Under the pieces are notes generated by a model. That model was not told the DNA's origin. It was given only the letters and a program-made list of their open reading frames with translations, and made no database searches. The position numbers and the translations under genes were made by a program. From assembly GCF_004010195.1 (NCBI RefSeq), contig NC_057759.1, positions 510,264-574,263 of the forward strand: 64,000 nucleotides of DNA, given 5' to 3'. Origin of the DNA: Chiloscyllium plagiosum. Lineage: Eukaryota. This document shows, one piece after another, positions 12,366 to 23,745 of the stretch (positions within the stretch are counted from its first letter, which is position 1; each line of letters starts with the position of its first letter).

Positions 12366-13769
12366 ACTTGAAATGTTAACTGTGTTTTCCACTTCACTCC
12401 ACAAATGCTGTCAGGCCTGCTGAGTTTCTCCAATGATTTCTATTTTACTTATTTTTCATCCAAATCCAGAATTGAATTGGGTAATTTGGAAATGTAAATG
12501 AAGCCTCCCTAAACGAAACATTAAATGAAGCTATGAACATGGCCACTTGAAACATACAAAGAACGGAATAAAAGCGATGCAATCACGTTTTTCCTGTTGC
12601 AACTTAGAATTCCCACAGTAGAGATAGACACCATTGTTCTTTGAGTCTACAATGACTTTTCAAAGTGCATCCAATCCAGGCCATATACCTGTAACCCCAC
12701 AATTCCCATGGCTAATCCATCTAGCACACACAACATCCCTGGACACTTTGGGCAATTTGGCATGGTCAACTCACCTAACCTACTCATCTGTGGATGGAAC
12801 CCCACACAGCCAATTAGGTGAGCAGTTGATAAACATAAATGTTTGCGTCTCTTTCTGCTCTGAGTACTTCTCCTTTAATTCAAGGTTAACTCTCTTTGAA
12901 TTCAGTTCGGTGAGATTGTTGTTTTGATCCAATAAATTGTATTGCAGCTGCCAAACATTATGCCACTTTATTCCATTCTTTTTGAAACTAGTTTTATAAG
13001 GCCATTCAGACCCTCAAGCTTGTTCCACCAGTCAATGAAATCACAGCTGATATGTGGTCGAAATCCATATACCTGCCTCTGGTCCACATTCCCTTTACAG
13101 TTTTACTTAACAAATACGTCTCTCGCACGTATTTGAAATTGGCAACTGATGCTGGGTATATGTGGAGGGAAAAGATAGTGACTGGGCACCTCCGGTGAAT
13201 ATATTAATGGCACAGACCGCTGGAAAAACGACATGGGCTATTTTTTGTCACACTTGATTTGTTTGTCTTTCTGCACACAGAATGGCTACTGTGAGACCAT
13301 CACTGAAACAAACGTTTGAGTGTGTATTAACAGTATTACTGGAGCACCACCTAGAATGGTTCCACGTTCAAGCTAGTGATGGAATTCTCCTCAGTTTTGC
13401 TAGAAAGCAGATTTCCCGTTTCTTTAAATTCATTCGTCGGATGTGGACATCACTATCCAGGCCAGCATTTTTTTTAACCTCTGCTCTTAGGGACGTCTTC
13501 TCTCAAAGTGAATTGACCTTTTCTGTGGTTTGAGAATGAGCGTTTTTTGGTCTGCACTTTGAACACCTCGCCAGCTTCTTTTCCTCAGTCCTGCCTTTGC
13601 CTTTGTAATGTAAGCAGTTTTAATTTCAGTGTTTTAAAGACCCTATTTCAATGAGTGTAAACAGAACAAATCTCCAAATATGCCTTTGTCAATTTGCATG
13701 AATAACATGAAATTAAAGTAAAATCAAATGTGTCTTGCTCCTCTGAACACAGCAAACTAAAAAAAGAAA

Positions 13770-14150
13770 AATCGGACCACAGAGGGATACAGCAGGGAAA
13801 CAGGCACTTCAGTCCAACTCGTCCATACCGACCAGATTTCCCTAACAAAACTAATCCTATTTACCTGCGTTTCCTGCATATCTCTCTATATATTTCTGAT
13901 CCATACATCTGTCCAAACGTCTTTTAAAAATGTAATTCCACTCGCCTCTACAACTTCTCCTGGCAGCTCGTTTTATATATACGTGTGAAAAAGTTGTTCC
14001 TCTGGACCGATGAAATCTTTCACCTCTCACCTTAAATTCATTTACCTCTACTTTTTCACTGCGCTACCCTGGGGAAAAGAACTTGGCTGTTCATCTTATC
14101 TATGCTTCTCACAATCTTGTAAACCTGTAAGAGATCACCCTTCAGCTGTC
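13770..14150 (-). mobile_element. CR1 3' end, minus strand
   Basis: aaacaggcacttcagtccaactcgtccatacc...ctcctggcagctcgtt...ctctcaccttaaa is the reverse complement of a CR1 tail. Confidence 0.75.
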
Positions 14151-14159
14151 TGCATCAAC

Positions 14160-14452
14160 AATGTGGAAATGAATGTGATTTGTATTCCCAGAGGCCTGGC
14201 ATTCCAACAAAATCCCATCAATAAACACATCGATTTGGAACCCATTTACCAACCTCTGAGAAATGATATTACACGCATTAAGAGACCATGCCACATCAAT
14301 AGAAAATGGGACAGAACACCAACACTACACCGGAGGCTCACTGATGATATTACCTAGCATGGTGATGTAAAGTGTGAAAATAAACCTGCCAGCTCAGCAA
14401 GCAAACTTACAATCTGAACACCAACCTGAGCTACAAGTCTTTCAAAAATCGC
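14160..14452 (+). mobile_element. Penelope/Poseidon-type PLE 3' end (family B) with a degenerate hammerhead-like motif
   Basis: Reads NPINKHIDLEPIYQPL (end of the GIY-YIG ORF), then ggaggctcaCTGATGAtattacctagcatggtgatg. Homologous to 39322-39620 and 61905-62140. Confidence 0.75.
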
Positions 14453-14468
14453 AAACACACGTCATTAC

Positions 14469-14798
14469 CTAATGATGAGTGATCCACGTTTCTTTTCTGT
14501 GTGTCTGGAACAGATTGGCTGGACGGGGAAAGCATGGCACGCCCATTAACCTCTGCTTGATATCGACAACTATAGTTTCCTGCAGAAGAATGTTCATGTA
14601 CATTGATGGTGAAGACTGCCGTATCTTCAAGATCAGTCACACGACGATCCGTTGTAGAATCTTCCCTCCGACTGTTGTACAAGTTGAATATTCCACCTCT
14701 GGGCCGAATCTCACCTTTGCAGGAAATCACGACATTGTCCCTGTATCAATTAGCACCGTAATCTGACAGGACTTTGATAATCGGTTTGGAGAGTTGAT
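14469..14798 (-). pseudogene. Ig-like domain exon 2 (C2/LILR-FcR-like) of an Ig-superfamily receptor pseudogene
   Basis: acag|AT acceptor and G|gtaatg donor give a phase 1-1, 330-nt exon. It translates DQLSKPIIKVLSDYGAN*YRDNVVISCKGEIRPRGGIFNLY...AVFTINVHEHSSAGNYSCRYQ...LSPSSQSV, with both Ig cysteines and GNYSC. In-frame TGA at 14746-14748. Confidence 0.85.
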
Positions 14799-15169
14799 CT
14801 GTCACATCATGTCAAAATACAAACGTTTACAAAAGCATTTACATATCCTTTCTAAAGCAAAACTTTGAAAGTAGAAAGGTGTGAGCGAAAGCAATTGGAA
14901 AGTCCAGAGAGAGCTCTTGACAGCAATAATTCTCAAATCAAATATAACATATTACAACATAATCAATTATCCTGGCTCATTGCGAGACCATAATCAAAGA
15001 TGCAGGAATGGTCCCTAGTTTAGTGAACAAGATTATAATCGTGTGTTCCTCTTCCGAGTTTACAAGCAGAAATTGAAGTGAGATTGTCCCATTTTGAAAG
15101 CAGTGCTGTTGGTCTGAGGAAAGGTAAGGACTACTATGGGGCTGCTTACAGTCGCTGGATAGATTTAGC

Positions 15170-17222
15170 GGCCAACCTAAACAAGTATGTCACTACTGTT
15201 GTAGACTTCACTAGTACGCATGTAGAAACTGTGTGTTGCAGATGTTAATCCGAGTGTTCCCCAACTGGAAACCATGGATGAAGTGGGAAGTCCACTCCCT
15301 ACTGCAGGTCTGAGGCTTTCAACTCAGGTAAACCTGAACTATACAGGAAATTCAAGTACAAACTCTGTAGGACCGACAGGGATGCTAAGAGGCAACACTA
15401 AGCTAAACATGAGACGAAGATCAACCACACACATACCTCTCCTCCCTCACCTATCGCCTTCATCTCCTCCCCCACTGGCCTGTTGTGCTCTGTGCTGCTC
15501 TCTCCCCACCCCCACCCTCCTCTAGCTTATCTCTCCACGCTTCAGGCTTGCTGCCTTTATTCCTGATGAAGGGATTTTGCCCGAAACGTCGATTTTGAAG
15601 CTCCTCGGATGCTGCCTGAACTGCTGTGCTCTTCCAGCACCACTGATCCACACAGATACCTGTCCTTGTGGCAAGGCTTACACAACATGAAGCAAAATTG
15701 AACAGAATCATGGGCAACTGTACATATCTATGCGATGACCTCAATGCATTCTGTGCTTGCTTTGAGCAGAAGGTCAGTGAATCAATGTCATCTATGCCAA
15801 TAGCCTCGGATGAACCTGTACCCACCGTCACTGCCACAGAAGTTAGAAACTGTCTACTTTAGATTGAACCCACGGAAAGCAACTGGCCGTGTTGGAGTCC
15901 CCAGCTTTGCACTCTAATCTGTACGGATCAGCTAGAGGGAGTATTCATAGACGGCTTTAACTTCTCCTTACTATGATGTGATATTCCCAGCTGCTTCAAG
16001 CAGAACACAACCATCGCAGCGTGAATGGAAAATCATGCAGTGTGCCTCAATGACTAATGCCTGTTGGCTGTGACCTACATAATTATCCATTATCTTCAAG
16101 AGGGTTTAATGACTCACAGCCACTCCAGGTACCGATTACCTCGATCCTTTACCTACCGGCAAAACAGGCCCACTGCAGACATCACTTCCCTGGCCCTACA
16201 CTCATCCATGGAACATCTAGATAATAAGGATACCTACGCCAGGCTTCTACTTACTGACTACAACTCTGCATTAAACACCATAATTGTAAACAAACTGATC
16301 TGGATGCACAATCAGGAAGAATAGGCAATAACATCTCCTCACCATAATCCTCAGCACCAGGGCCCCACAAGTTGTGTACTCAGCACCTACTATGCTTCCC
16401 TACACAATCATGACTGTGTGGACACATTCCAGCCCAAATCCATTTACAGGTGCGCTAACAACACCATTGTATGCTTAGTGGCATGGTGCAACGATTATAA
16501 TCTTTCCTTCAATATCAGCAAAACTAAGGAGCTGATCATTGACTTCTGGAAGCACAGTGGAGGACACGCAACTATGTGCTTCAATGATGCTGAGGTCGAG
16601 ATCGTCAACTGTGTTAAGTTGTTGGGAGTGATGGTCACCAGAAATCTGTTCTGATTGATGCCATGATCAAGAAAACGTAACAATACCTCAAATTCCTCAG
16701 GATGACAAAGAAATTCGGCATGTCCACAAGCACTCTTGCTAATTTTTATAGATGCACCACAGAAAGCATCCTATTTGGATGCATCACAACGCGGTATGAC
16801 ATCTGCTGAAGAAATTACAGAGAGTCTTGAACACAGCCCATCTCACAAATCTGTATTTCATCCATTAATACCATCTACACTTCCTGCTTCTTCCGTGAAA
16901 TGGCCAACATTAACATAGACCCCTCCCACGTCAGTAATACTATTTTCAATCGGGCAGAAGATAAGAAAGTTTGAATATATGTAGCATCATGTTAAAGAAC
17001 AACTTCTTATCTGCTGTTTAAAGACTTCTGAATAGACCTCTCAAATATTAATTCTGATCTCTCTTTCTTGGTATACACTTGCTCTACAGCTGTAATACTT
17101 TATTTTTCACTCTGTTCTGCTACCCTAATGCACATTGTATAAGATCTGCCTGTAGAGAATGGAAAACAACTTTTGTTGACTATATCTCGGTTCGTGACAA
17201 CAGTAAATCAAATCAAACAACA
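15170..17222 (+). mobile_element. Rex1/Babar-clade LINE, decayed; lies in the intron between the two Ig exons
   Basis: Reads YRQNRPTADITSLALHSSMEHLDNKDTYARLLLTDYNSALNTII and LSFNISKTKELIIDF; ends in aaatcaaatcaaa. Confidence 0.8.
15443..15647 (+). mobile_element. PLE family A terminal fragment with hammerhead core, nested in the Rex1/Babar LINE
   Basis: CTGATGA (15563-15569), stem ggg/ccc, GAAA (15583-15586), then CGTC. Flanked by an ~18-bp imperfect direct repeat at 15425-15442 and 15648-15665. Confidence 0.8.
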
Positions 17223-17255
17223 AACAACAGGGAAGAAGTGGGTTTAATTACATAC

Positions 17256-17550
17256 CTCTGACGTGTATCAGAATGGTTTCAGTCAATCCTGATCTTGTGC
17301 ATGTTCCATTCGCCAACACGAATAAACATTCACACTTGTAACTTGATTCACCTCCCATTAAGTGTTTTAATTGTAAAGAAATTTACATTGTCCATCAAGA
17401 AGATTTATTTATCTGCAGTTGGGATCGTGACTGTAGCAAGTGTGTAACCTTGTAACTGGACATTGACAGTTACACTTCACCGATGCTGTCTCTCCTTCCA
17501 AAAACACCTCATACTATGGATTCAGAGACACAACTGGCTTTGTAAATAAT
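17256..17550 (-). pseudogene. Ig-like domain exon 1 of the same receptor pseudogene
   Basis: ttcctcag| acceptor and G|gtatgt donor. Reads KPVVSLNP*YEVFLEGETASVKCNCQC... and, after a frameshift, GGESSYKCECLFVLANGTCTRSGLTETILIHVR. Several stops and frameshifts. Confidence 0.75.
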
Positions 17551-17714
17551 CTGAGGAATGCAATTGAAACATTTTATCTCCACAATATGCTTAACAAAAA
17601 TGTTGGAACCTCTTATAATAAGCAAAATTCATATGCACTTTACTGCATAAAGATCCCACACTCATGGATAGTGCCTGGGACGATTGAATTCTTAAAATAT
17701 ATCTTTCTTTGAAA

Positions 17715-18370
17715 TTAATTGAAGGTATATGGGAGCACTTGCCTTTGTTAAGTGTTAAGAGTTTCAGAGTGGGAGGTGATGCTGGGACTGTATGACACGT
17801 CAGTTAGGGCAAGAGTATTGTGTGCAATTAGAGAATAGACATTCGAGGAGAGATATGATAGCATTGGCAGAGGATGTGGCGGGAGATTTACCGAGCTGTT
17901 GCCGCAGGGATGCAGAGTTTCACTGATGGAGAGAGACTGGACAGACTGGGGTTGTTTTCCTTCAAGAAGAAGAGATTGAGGGGGAAGTGGACATGATTGA
18001 GATGTATAAAATGAGGCCAGAGATAGAGTAGAAAGGAAGAATCCTTTCCCCTTGATGGAGGGTGTAAAGATTGGGATGGTGAGTGGGTGTGAGGGGTTGG
18101 GTGTCCATAGATCTAAGGCAGAGGAAACCTTTGTTCACCCGAGCTGGACGAGAATCGGGAACTGACTCTCTGTAATGGTAGGAGATACAAAAACCCTTAT
18201 CACATTTAAGAAGTGTTCAGATGTGCACGTGAGACGCTTAGACTCTGGGGCCAAGTGCTAGGTAAATGGGATTAGAAAATAGTGAGGTGTCTGTTTTTGA
18301 CTGGGGCAGATGCGCTGCATTGAAGAGCCTTTGGCTCTGCCGTAGATCTTGAGGAATGTACGACTCTAAG
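17715..18370 (+). mobile_element. Decayed CR1 3' portion
   Basis: gagtattgtgtgcaatt, gactggggttgttttcctt...gacatgattgagatgtataaaat. Confidence 0.75.
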
Positions 18371-18720
18371 GTTTGCATTGTTTTTAAAGTTCTAAGGTCC
18401 ATACTAGTGTTTTGATGTTTCAAATAATAGAACCGGACAGTGTAACGATAGTAGCGTTGAACCTTATAATTCTCAAACTGTTAATTATGGAAACATCTGG
18501 GAATTATAGTCAGATATTTTGTGGAACTTCATGATAGACACAAAAAAGAGAGAAATTATAAGATTAACTTTCAAAATGATGTCTGAAAAGCTGTACACAA
18601 ATTTCAGCTCTACGTTTGATAAGACGGTTCTCATCGATTTATCTGATAATCAAGTGGAAACGCATTAACGAAATAATTTTTATGTTAATGAATTAATGCA
18701 CTATAAATTCTCATACTCGC

Positions 18721-18756
18721 GTATCTCAAGCATTTATACCAGCACGGGGAAATTAA
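18721..18756 (-). pseudogene. Putative 36-nt second signal-peptide mini-exon of the Ig receptor pseudogene
   Basis: Preceded by the pyrimidine tract ttcttttattgtttccaattag|. Exactly 36 nt, phase 1-1 (VNFPVLV*MLEI). Donor is gcgagt (GC variant or mutated GT), and there is an internal TAA. Confidence 0.5.
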
Positions 18757-19309
18757 CTAATTGGAAACAATAAAAGAATTGCTGAATATTAATAATTTCC
18801 TGTTGACAAATCTGCAGACAGACATAGATGCAAATTTCTGTAATGAGTCATTTGGATGGTGGCGGTCAGAGAGGGGAATGCAATATTTTTGGAACGTGGT
18901 ATAAATTAGTGTAACACTTGTTAAAGATACTTCAGGTTGAGTTCAAACAGGCATTCCTTCAGGCAGTTTTGGTAACGTGTTACTTTGAATGCCTTGGACA
19001 CATAATTTCAAAAACTGGTTAAAATAATGTTAGTATAGCAGTGTATCGAGCTATCTCATCACCACTCTCCCAGGGCAGTCTGTATTAAGAAGGAATAGAC
19101 TAAAACGAAACGGATCTGGCTAGCTCACAACATAACAAAACCATCAATACATTAGCACGAGGAACTGTGATTGAAGTAAAAATGATGTCGAACCATTTTG
19201 AGTCCAGTTATTAAACAGCAAGGAGAAAGCCATTGGTGTGAATTATTCATAGAAAACAAACTTATAATACACATTGTGGACCTGTTGTAATCAGAAAAAC
19301 ATTAGGGTG

Positions 19310-20000
19310 GATGGAGTCACAGAGGCACAGTCCCAGAACACGGAAATAAACCCTGCTTTCCAACTTGCCCACGCCAACCAGACATCCTAAACTAACCTTG
19401 CACCATTTGGCAGCTTTGGACCCATATCCCTCTAAAGCCTTCCTGTTCACCTACCCACGAGATGCCTTTTAAATATTGGACCTGCCTGCACCACCTCCTC
19501 GCTCCATACACGCACCATCCTCTGCATGAAAATATCACCACTTAAATTCTTTTAAAATATTTCCTCTCTCAACTTAGACTTATGCCCTGTAGTTTTGGAT
19601 TCCCCATCCCAAGGATAAACACCTTGATTGTTTATGCTATCCATCCCCCTCATGATTTTATAAACTATAATCTCACCCTTCAGCCTGTAGCGCTGCAGGG
19701 CGAGAAAGCTCCAGCCTATTAGCCTCTCCCTATAACATAAACCATCCTGACCAGTTGCACATATTTTCCATTCTAAAAGATGGAAATGTTGTGTGCACCG
19801 CTTTCAAGTTTAACAAAATCTTTCCTATAGAAGGGTAACTTGAACTGTACTCAGTACTCAGCCTCAACAAAGTGTAATCCAGCAGCAACATGACATCCCA
19901 AACCGTGTATTCAATGTTGTGACCAATGAAGACAAGCGTGCCAAAGGCTTTCTTCACCACCGTGTCGACATGCGACTCCACTTTCAAGGAACCTTGTACT
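19310..20000 (-). mobile_element. Decayed CR1 3' portion
   Basis: Minus ORFs read KVESHVDTVVKKAFGTLVFIGHNIEY and NRKALEGYG. Confidence 0.85.
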
Positions 20001-20339
20001 TGCCAGGCGAGTTATCTTCTCTAAAATACATAAAGTGACTGCTATCCTCTATGTTAAACATATAATTAGTTATTCTCGACGACACATGTGTGGACTGTCG
20101 TTCTCTCTAATACACCTGTGCAACCTTCAAGGAAATGATCCAGAAAATCATCCCAATGAAAATGACGCAGAATATCGCATAATTTGGCAAAGAAATTTTA
20201 CAGAATTTCATTTAAAATTCGAATGTTACATCACTTATCTTAAAACTGAACAAAGGAAATATACATATCGAAGGAATAGGTCATCAGGAGTATGTTTTGC
20301 CAATAATAGATTGGGATCTTTATAAATAAACACTTCAAG

Positions 20340-22470
20340 TTCGACAAAAGATGCATATTCCGTAAAAGTACAAAGATCCAAACGGAATGGTGCATCTAGC
20401 AAGACTCAGAAAAGATATCTAAATTTCATCTTTTCCAAGCAGGCAAATTGTAAGACTGCCAGAAACATTGGGAAGCCTGAAGATTGGGAGTATTTGAGGA
20501 CTAAAAATAAGAAGACCAAAACATTGTTGAGGAAAATAAATCAATACAAATTCAAGCAAGTGATGAATACAAAGATGGATGGTAAAGTCTTTTTAAAGAT
20601 ACAGTGAAAGAAAAATGAATTAGACAACATAAATGTGGTCCCATCACAGATGAAGGTAGCAAATTTACATTAGCAACAGGATAATGCAGCTCACAGACTT
20701 GCAGCAGGTCATTGGACCATACAAAACAGGCCTTTCGACCCTCCATACTGCTCAACCATTCAACAGGATCATGCCTGATCTGACATTCCTCACATTTATT
20801 TCCCACTCTTTCCCCAATGGCACTTGATTCCACTATGACGCAAAATTTTATACATCTCAGCTTTGAACATACAAAAGGATTTTACCCCCAACACAGCTCT
20901 TTACAGCCAGGAATCGTAAAGATTCAGGTTTCTCTGATAGAAGAAACTCCTCCGCATCTCAGTCTTCAATTAGTATTACTTTATTTTAACACTATGCCGT
21001 TTTGTCCTCTCAGCATTGGACCCCATCAAGCCCCTTTGGAATTCTACCTGTTTCAATGCGATCACCCCTCATTCTGCAAAACTCTAGCGGGTAGAGTGCC
21101 AAACGTTTTAACCAGCAAGGAAAATGATCCAGGAAATCATCCAGATTTAAGTGATGCAGAAAAAATGTACAAGGTGCCAAATAAATTTCAGAGAGGTTGC
21201 GACAAATAAAAAGTGGTAGTTGATATGAAATTATTGAGAGTGATGGTTGATAAATATCTTTAACTGATAAAAGTTAATGAAGAGGATGGTGAAGGAACGG
21301 CAAAAAAAAAAATTGCCACATTGTTGCCTACCTTTCTAAAATTTATTGTTTCTACAACTGGTCATGCTGATTCAAAGATATTTAACATTATTCCTTAAAT
21401 TCAAGGAAAAGGGGTCAATGGAGATCTTTGTTAATATCATGACTAGAGTAGACACCATGTGAGAATCTAGCAGGGATAATCTAGTAACAGAATGGAGCAA
21501 AAATGGTAAAATTGGATAGAGCCAACATTGTTGTGTTAATCGAACATAAATCATTACAGTACAGTACAAGCCCTTCAGTCCTTAATGTTGCTGTGACCTG
21601 TGGAAGTAATCTGAAGCCCTACAGTCGAACCAACAATATTCTATCCTCGCCAATATGCCGAGCCAATTACCAATTAAATGCCCTTAAATGGGAATCATGC
21701 TTGACAAAACTGATGGAGCATTTTGAGCATGTTAGTTGCAGCATCTGTAAATGAGAAACAGAGAAGAGAATAGGTTCTCAGAAGGCTTTTCATAAGATCC
21801 CACACAGGCTGTCAACAAAAAATAAGTATGGGCCATGGGACTGGGTGAACTGAACAGTATGGTTTGAAATTGCTGAGCATCGAGAAAGCAGAAAGTTTGA
21901 ATGAATGAATCAATCTCAGGAGGCAAGCGTTCCTCACAGGGAACCACAAACATGAGACATCATGAGTCTAGAGTTTCCTGAAGGTGTTAGCACAGTCAGC
22001 CAGGGTGGTGAATAAGGCATATGGACTTAGGCCTGGTTATAGAATACAGGAGCAGGAACATCTTGTTGTAAGGTTCACACCATGGGTTAGAACACAAATG
22101 GGATACTGTGCGTAGTTCTGTTGACCACACTATCATAAGCTGAAAATGTGTTGCTGGAAAAGCGCAGCAGGTCAGGCAGCATCCAGGGAACAGGAGAATC
22201 GACGTTTCGGGCATAAGCCCTTCTTCAGGAAACGTCGATTCTCCTGTTCCCTGGATGCTGCCTGACCTGCTGCGCTTTTCCAGCAACACATTTTCAGCTC
22301 TGATCTCCAGCATCTGCATACCTCACTTTCTCCACACTATCATAAGGACGTGATAGCACTGGAGAGGGTGCAGAGGAGACTCACGAGGTTGTTGTCAGGG
22401 TTGGAAAGTTTCAGTTTTTTGAGGAGAGATTGGATAGGCTGAATTTGTCTTTCCTGGAGTCGATCAACGG
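20340..22470. mobile_element. Mosaic of decayed CR1 fragments (plus ~20340-20690 and ~21680-22470; minus ~20700-21110)
   Basis: Reads ESCLTKLMEHFEHV, then tagcactggagagggtgcagaggagactcacgagg. The minus tail is caggcctttcgacccctccatactgctcaaccattcaacaggatcatg. Confidence 0.7.
22140..22333. mobile_element. Palindromic PLE-derived insertion (family A) with an intact hammerhead core on the minus strand
   Basis: The arm ctgaaaatgtgttgctggaaaagcgcagc...gaatcgacgtttc is followed by its reverse complement. The minus strand of 22201-22230 reads tcCTGAAGAagggcttatgcccGAAAcgTC. Direct repeat CCACACTATCATAAG at 22125-22139 and 22332-22346. Confidence 0.9.
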
Positions 22471-22653
22471 GATGAACACCATAATGATTCACTTAAAAAA
22501 TACTCGGCTGTAATAATCGAAGGTGCTTATTTAAAAAAATTACAGTGAGCTAACCTCTTTTGATGAACTTCCACAATTGACTGGTTCCTGATTTATGCAA
22601 AATATCTCATTATTTCGAGTCATCTTCGAGTGGTTAACGGACCTGATACTCAC

Positions 22654-22684
22654 CAATTGCCAGAAGGATTGAAAAAGCAGACAT
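22654..22684 (-). pseudogene. Putative first (leader) coding exon of the Ig receptor gene
   Basis: aaaATG TCT GCT TTT TCA ATC CTT CTG GCA ATT G|gtgagt encodes MSAFSILLAI(G/V). It has A at -3, a hydrophobic core and a consensus phase-1 donor. Confidence 0.6.
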
Positions 22685-22785
22685 TTTGTGATGAAATTCC
22701 ACCCAATATTTTGAATGCAGAGATTAGTGTGTTGGTGTCCTTACTTTCTTGACTTTTGAGAGGTCGGAAGATAACAGTCTGTCTT

Positions 22786-22896
22786 GAGGAAGTTCCCTCC
22801 CAAAGCTATTTCTATCACTCATGCTCGTGTGAGTCAAATTATTGCTACACGTCAAAAAATACAACATTGGTGATCACTGAAGCAGTGTGTGGAAGT
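22786..22896 (-). promoter_or_regulatory. Candidate immune-type promoter motifs upstream of the leader exon
   Basis: GAGGAAGT (ETS/PU.1) at 22786-22793 overlaps GGGAACTTCC (NF-kB-like, minus strand, 22788-22797). TGAGTCA (AP-1) at 22830-22836. GGAAGT at 22891-22896. Confidence 0.4.
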
Positions 22897-22994
22897 GAGA
22901 GAACCCTAAGGGCTCCCTGACCTAGATTACACACAGGGGCTAACAGTGCCTCATTGGTTGGACAACTGGCCTGTGATGCATATTCGGAAGAATA

Positions 22995-23745
22995 GAAGAA
23001 TGGAATATTTTCTAAATGGGAAGAAAATTCAGAAATTGGAAGTGCAAAGGAACTTGGGAGTCCTTGTCCAGATTTCTCTGAAGGTACACTTGTAGGTTGA
23101 GTTGCTAGTTAGGAAGGTAAATAAAATATAGTCATTCGCCTCAACAGCACAAAATAAAAAGCTGGAATGTACTTTGGAGGTTTTATAATATTCTGGTCAG
23201 AACATGTTTATACTATTGTGAGCAATTTGAGCCCTAAACCTCAGGAAGAATTTATTGGCCCTGAGTAGGCCCAGAGGATGTTGATGAGAATGGTCTCAGA
23301 AAAGAAATATTTAACATATTAGGAAGGTTCGAGGACTCTGGGACTATACTCGAGTTTAGAGGGATGGGGCGGATCTAATTGAAACTTCCAAAATATTGAA
23401 AAACCTGGAGAGAATGGACATTTGGAAGATGTTTCCAATGGCAGTGCCCGAGGGCACAGACTATCGATAAAGGGAAGGCCTATTATAACAGTGATAATGA
23501 GAAATTTCTTTAACCAGAAAATGGTGAACCAGTGAATTCATTGCCAAAGAAGGTTGTGGACGTCATTTCATTGAGTATATCCAAAATAGAGTTAGAAAAG
23601 TTCCTGATTAGGTGGAGATCAAAGGTTACTGGGAGAGCGCGGGAGAATGGGGTTGGAAAAACTAATCAGCCATGATTGAATGACAGAGCAAACTCGACGG
23701 TCCGAATGACCTAATTTCTGATGTTATGTTATATGGTCTAAGATC
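22995..23745 (+). mobile_element. Decayed CR1 3' portion
   Basis: aatattttctaaatggg...gcaaaggaacttgggagtccttgtcca...gagaaatttctttaaccaga; tail ttatgttatatggtc. Confidence 0.85.

Noticed and set aside
14746..14748. In-frame TGA as a selenocysteine codon
   Set aside because: Other exons of the same gene carry TAA/TAG stops and frameshifts, no SECIS was recognised, and Ig receptors are not known selenoproteins.
21996..22319. Recurrent ORF MLEIRAENVLLEK...CCLTCCAFPATHFQL (also 28756-28950 and 44706-44954)
   Set aside because: It is a chance translation of the palindromic PLE terminus, not a gene family.
22140..22333. Classical DNA-transposon MITE
   Set aside because: The arms are asymmetric, the TSDs are long (14-18 bp) and variable, and the same sequence is the terminus of GIY-YIG-encoding Penelope copies at 36864-37355.
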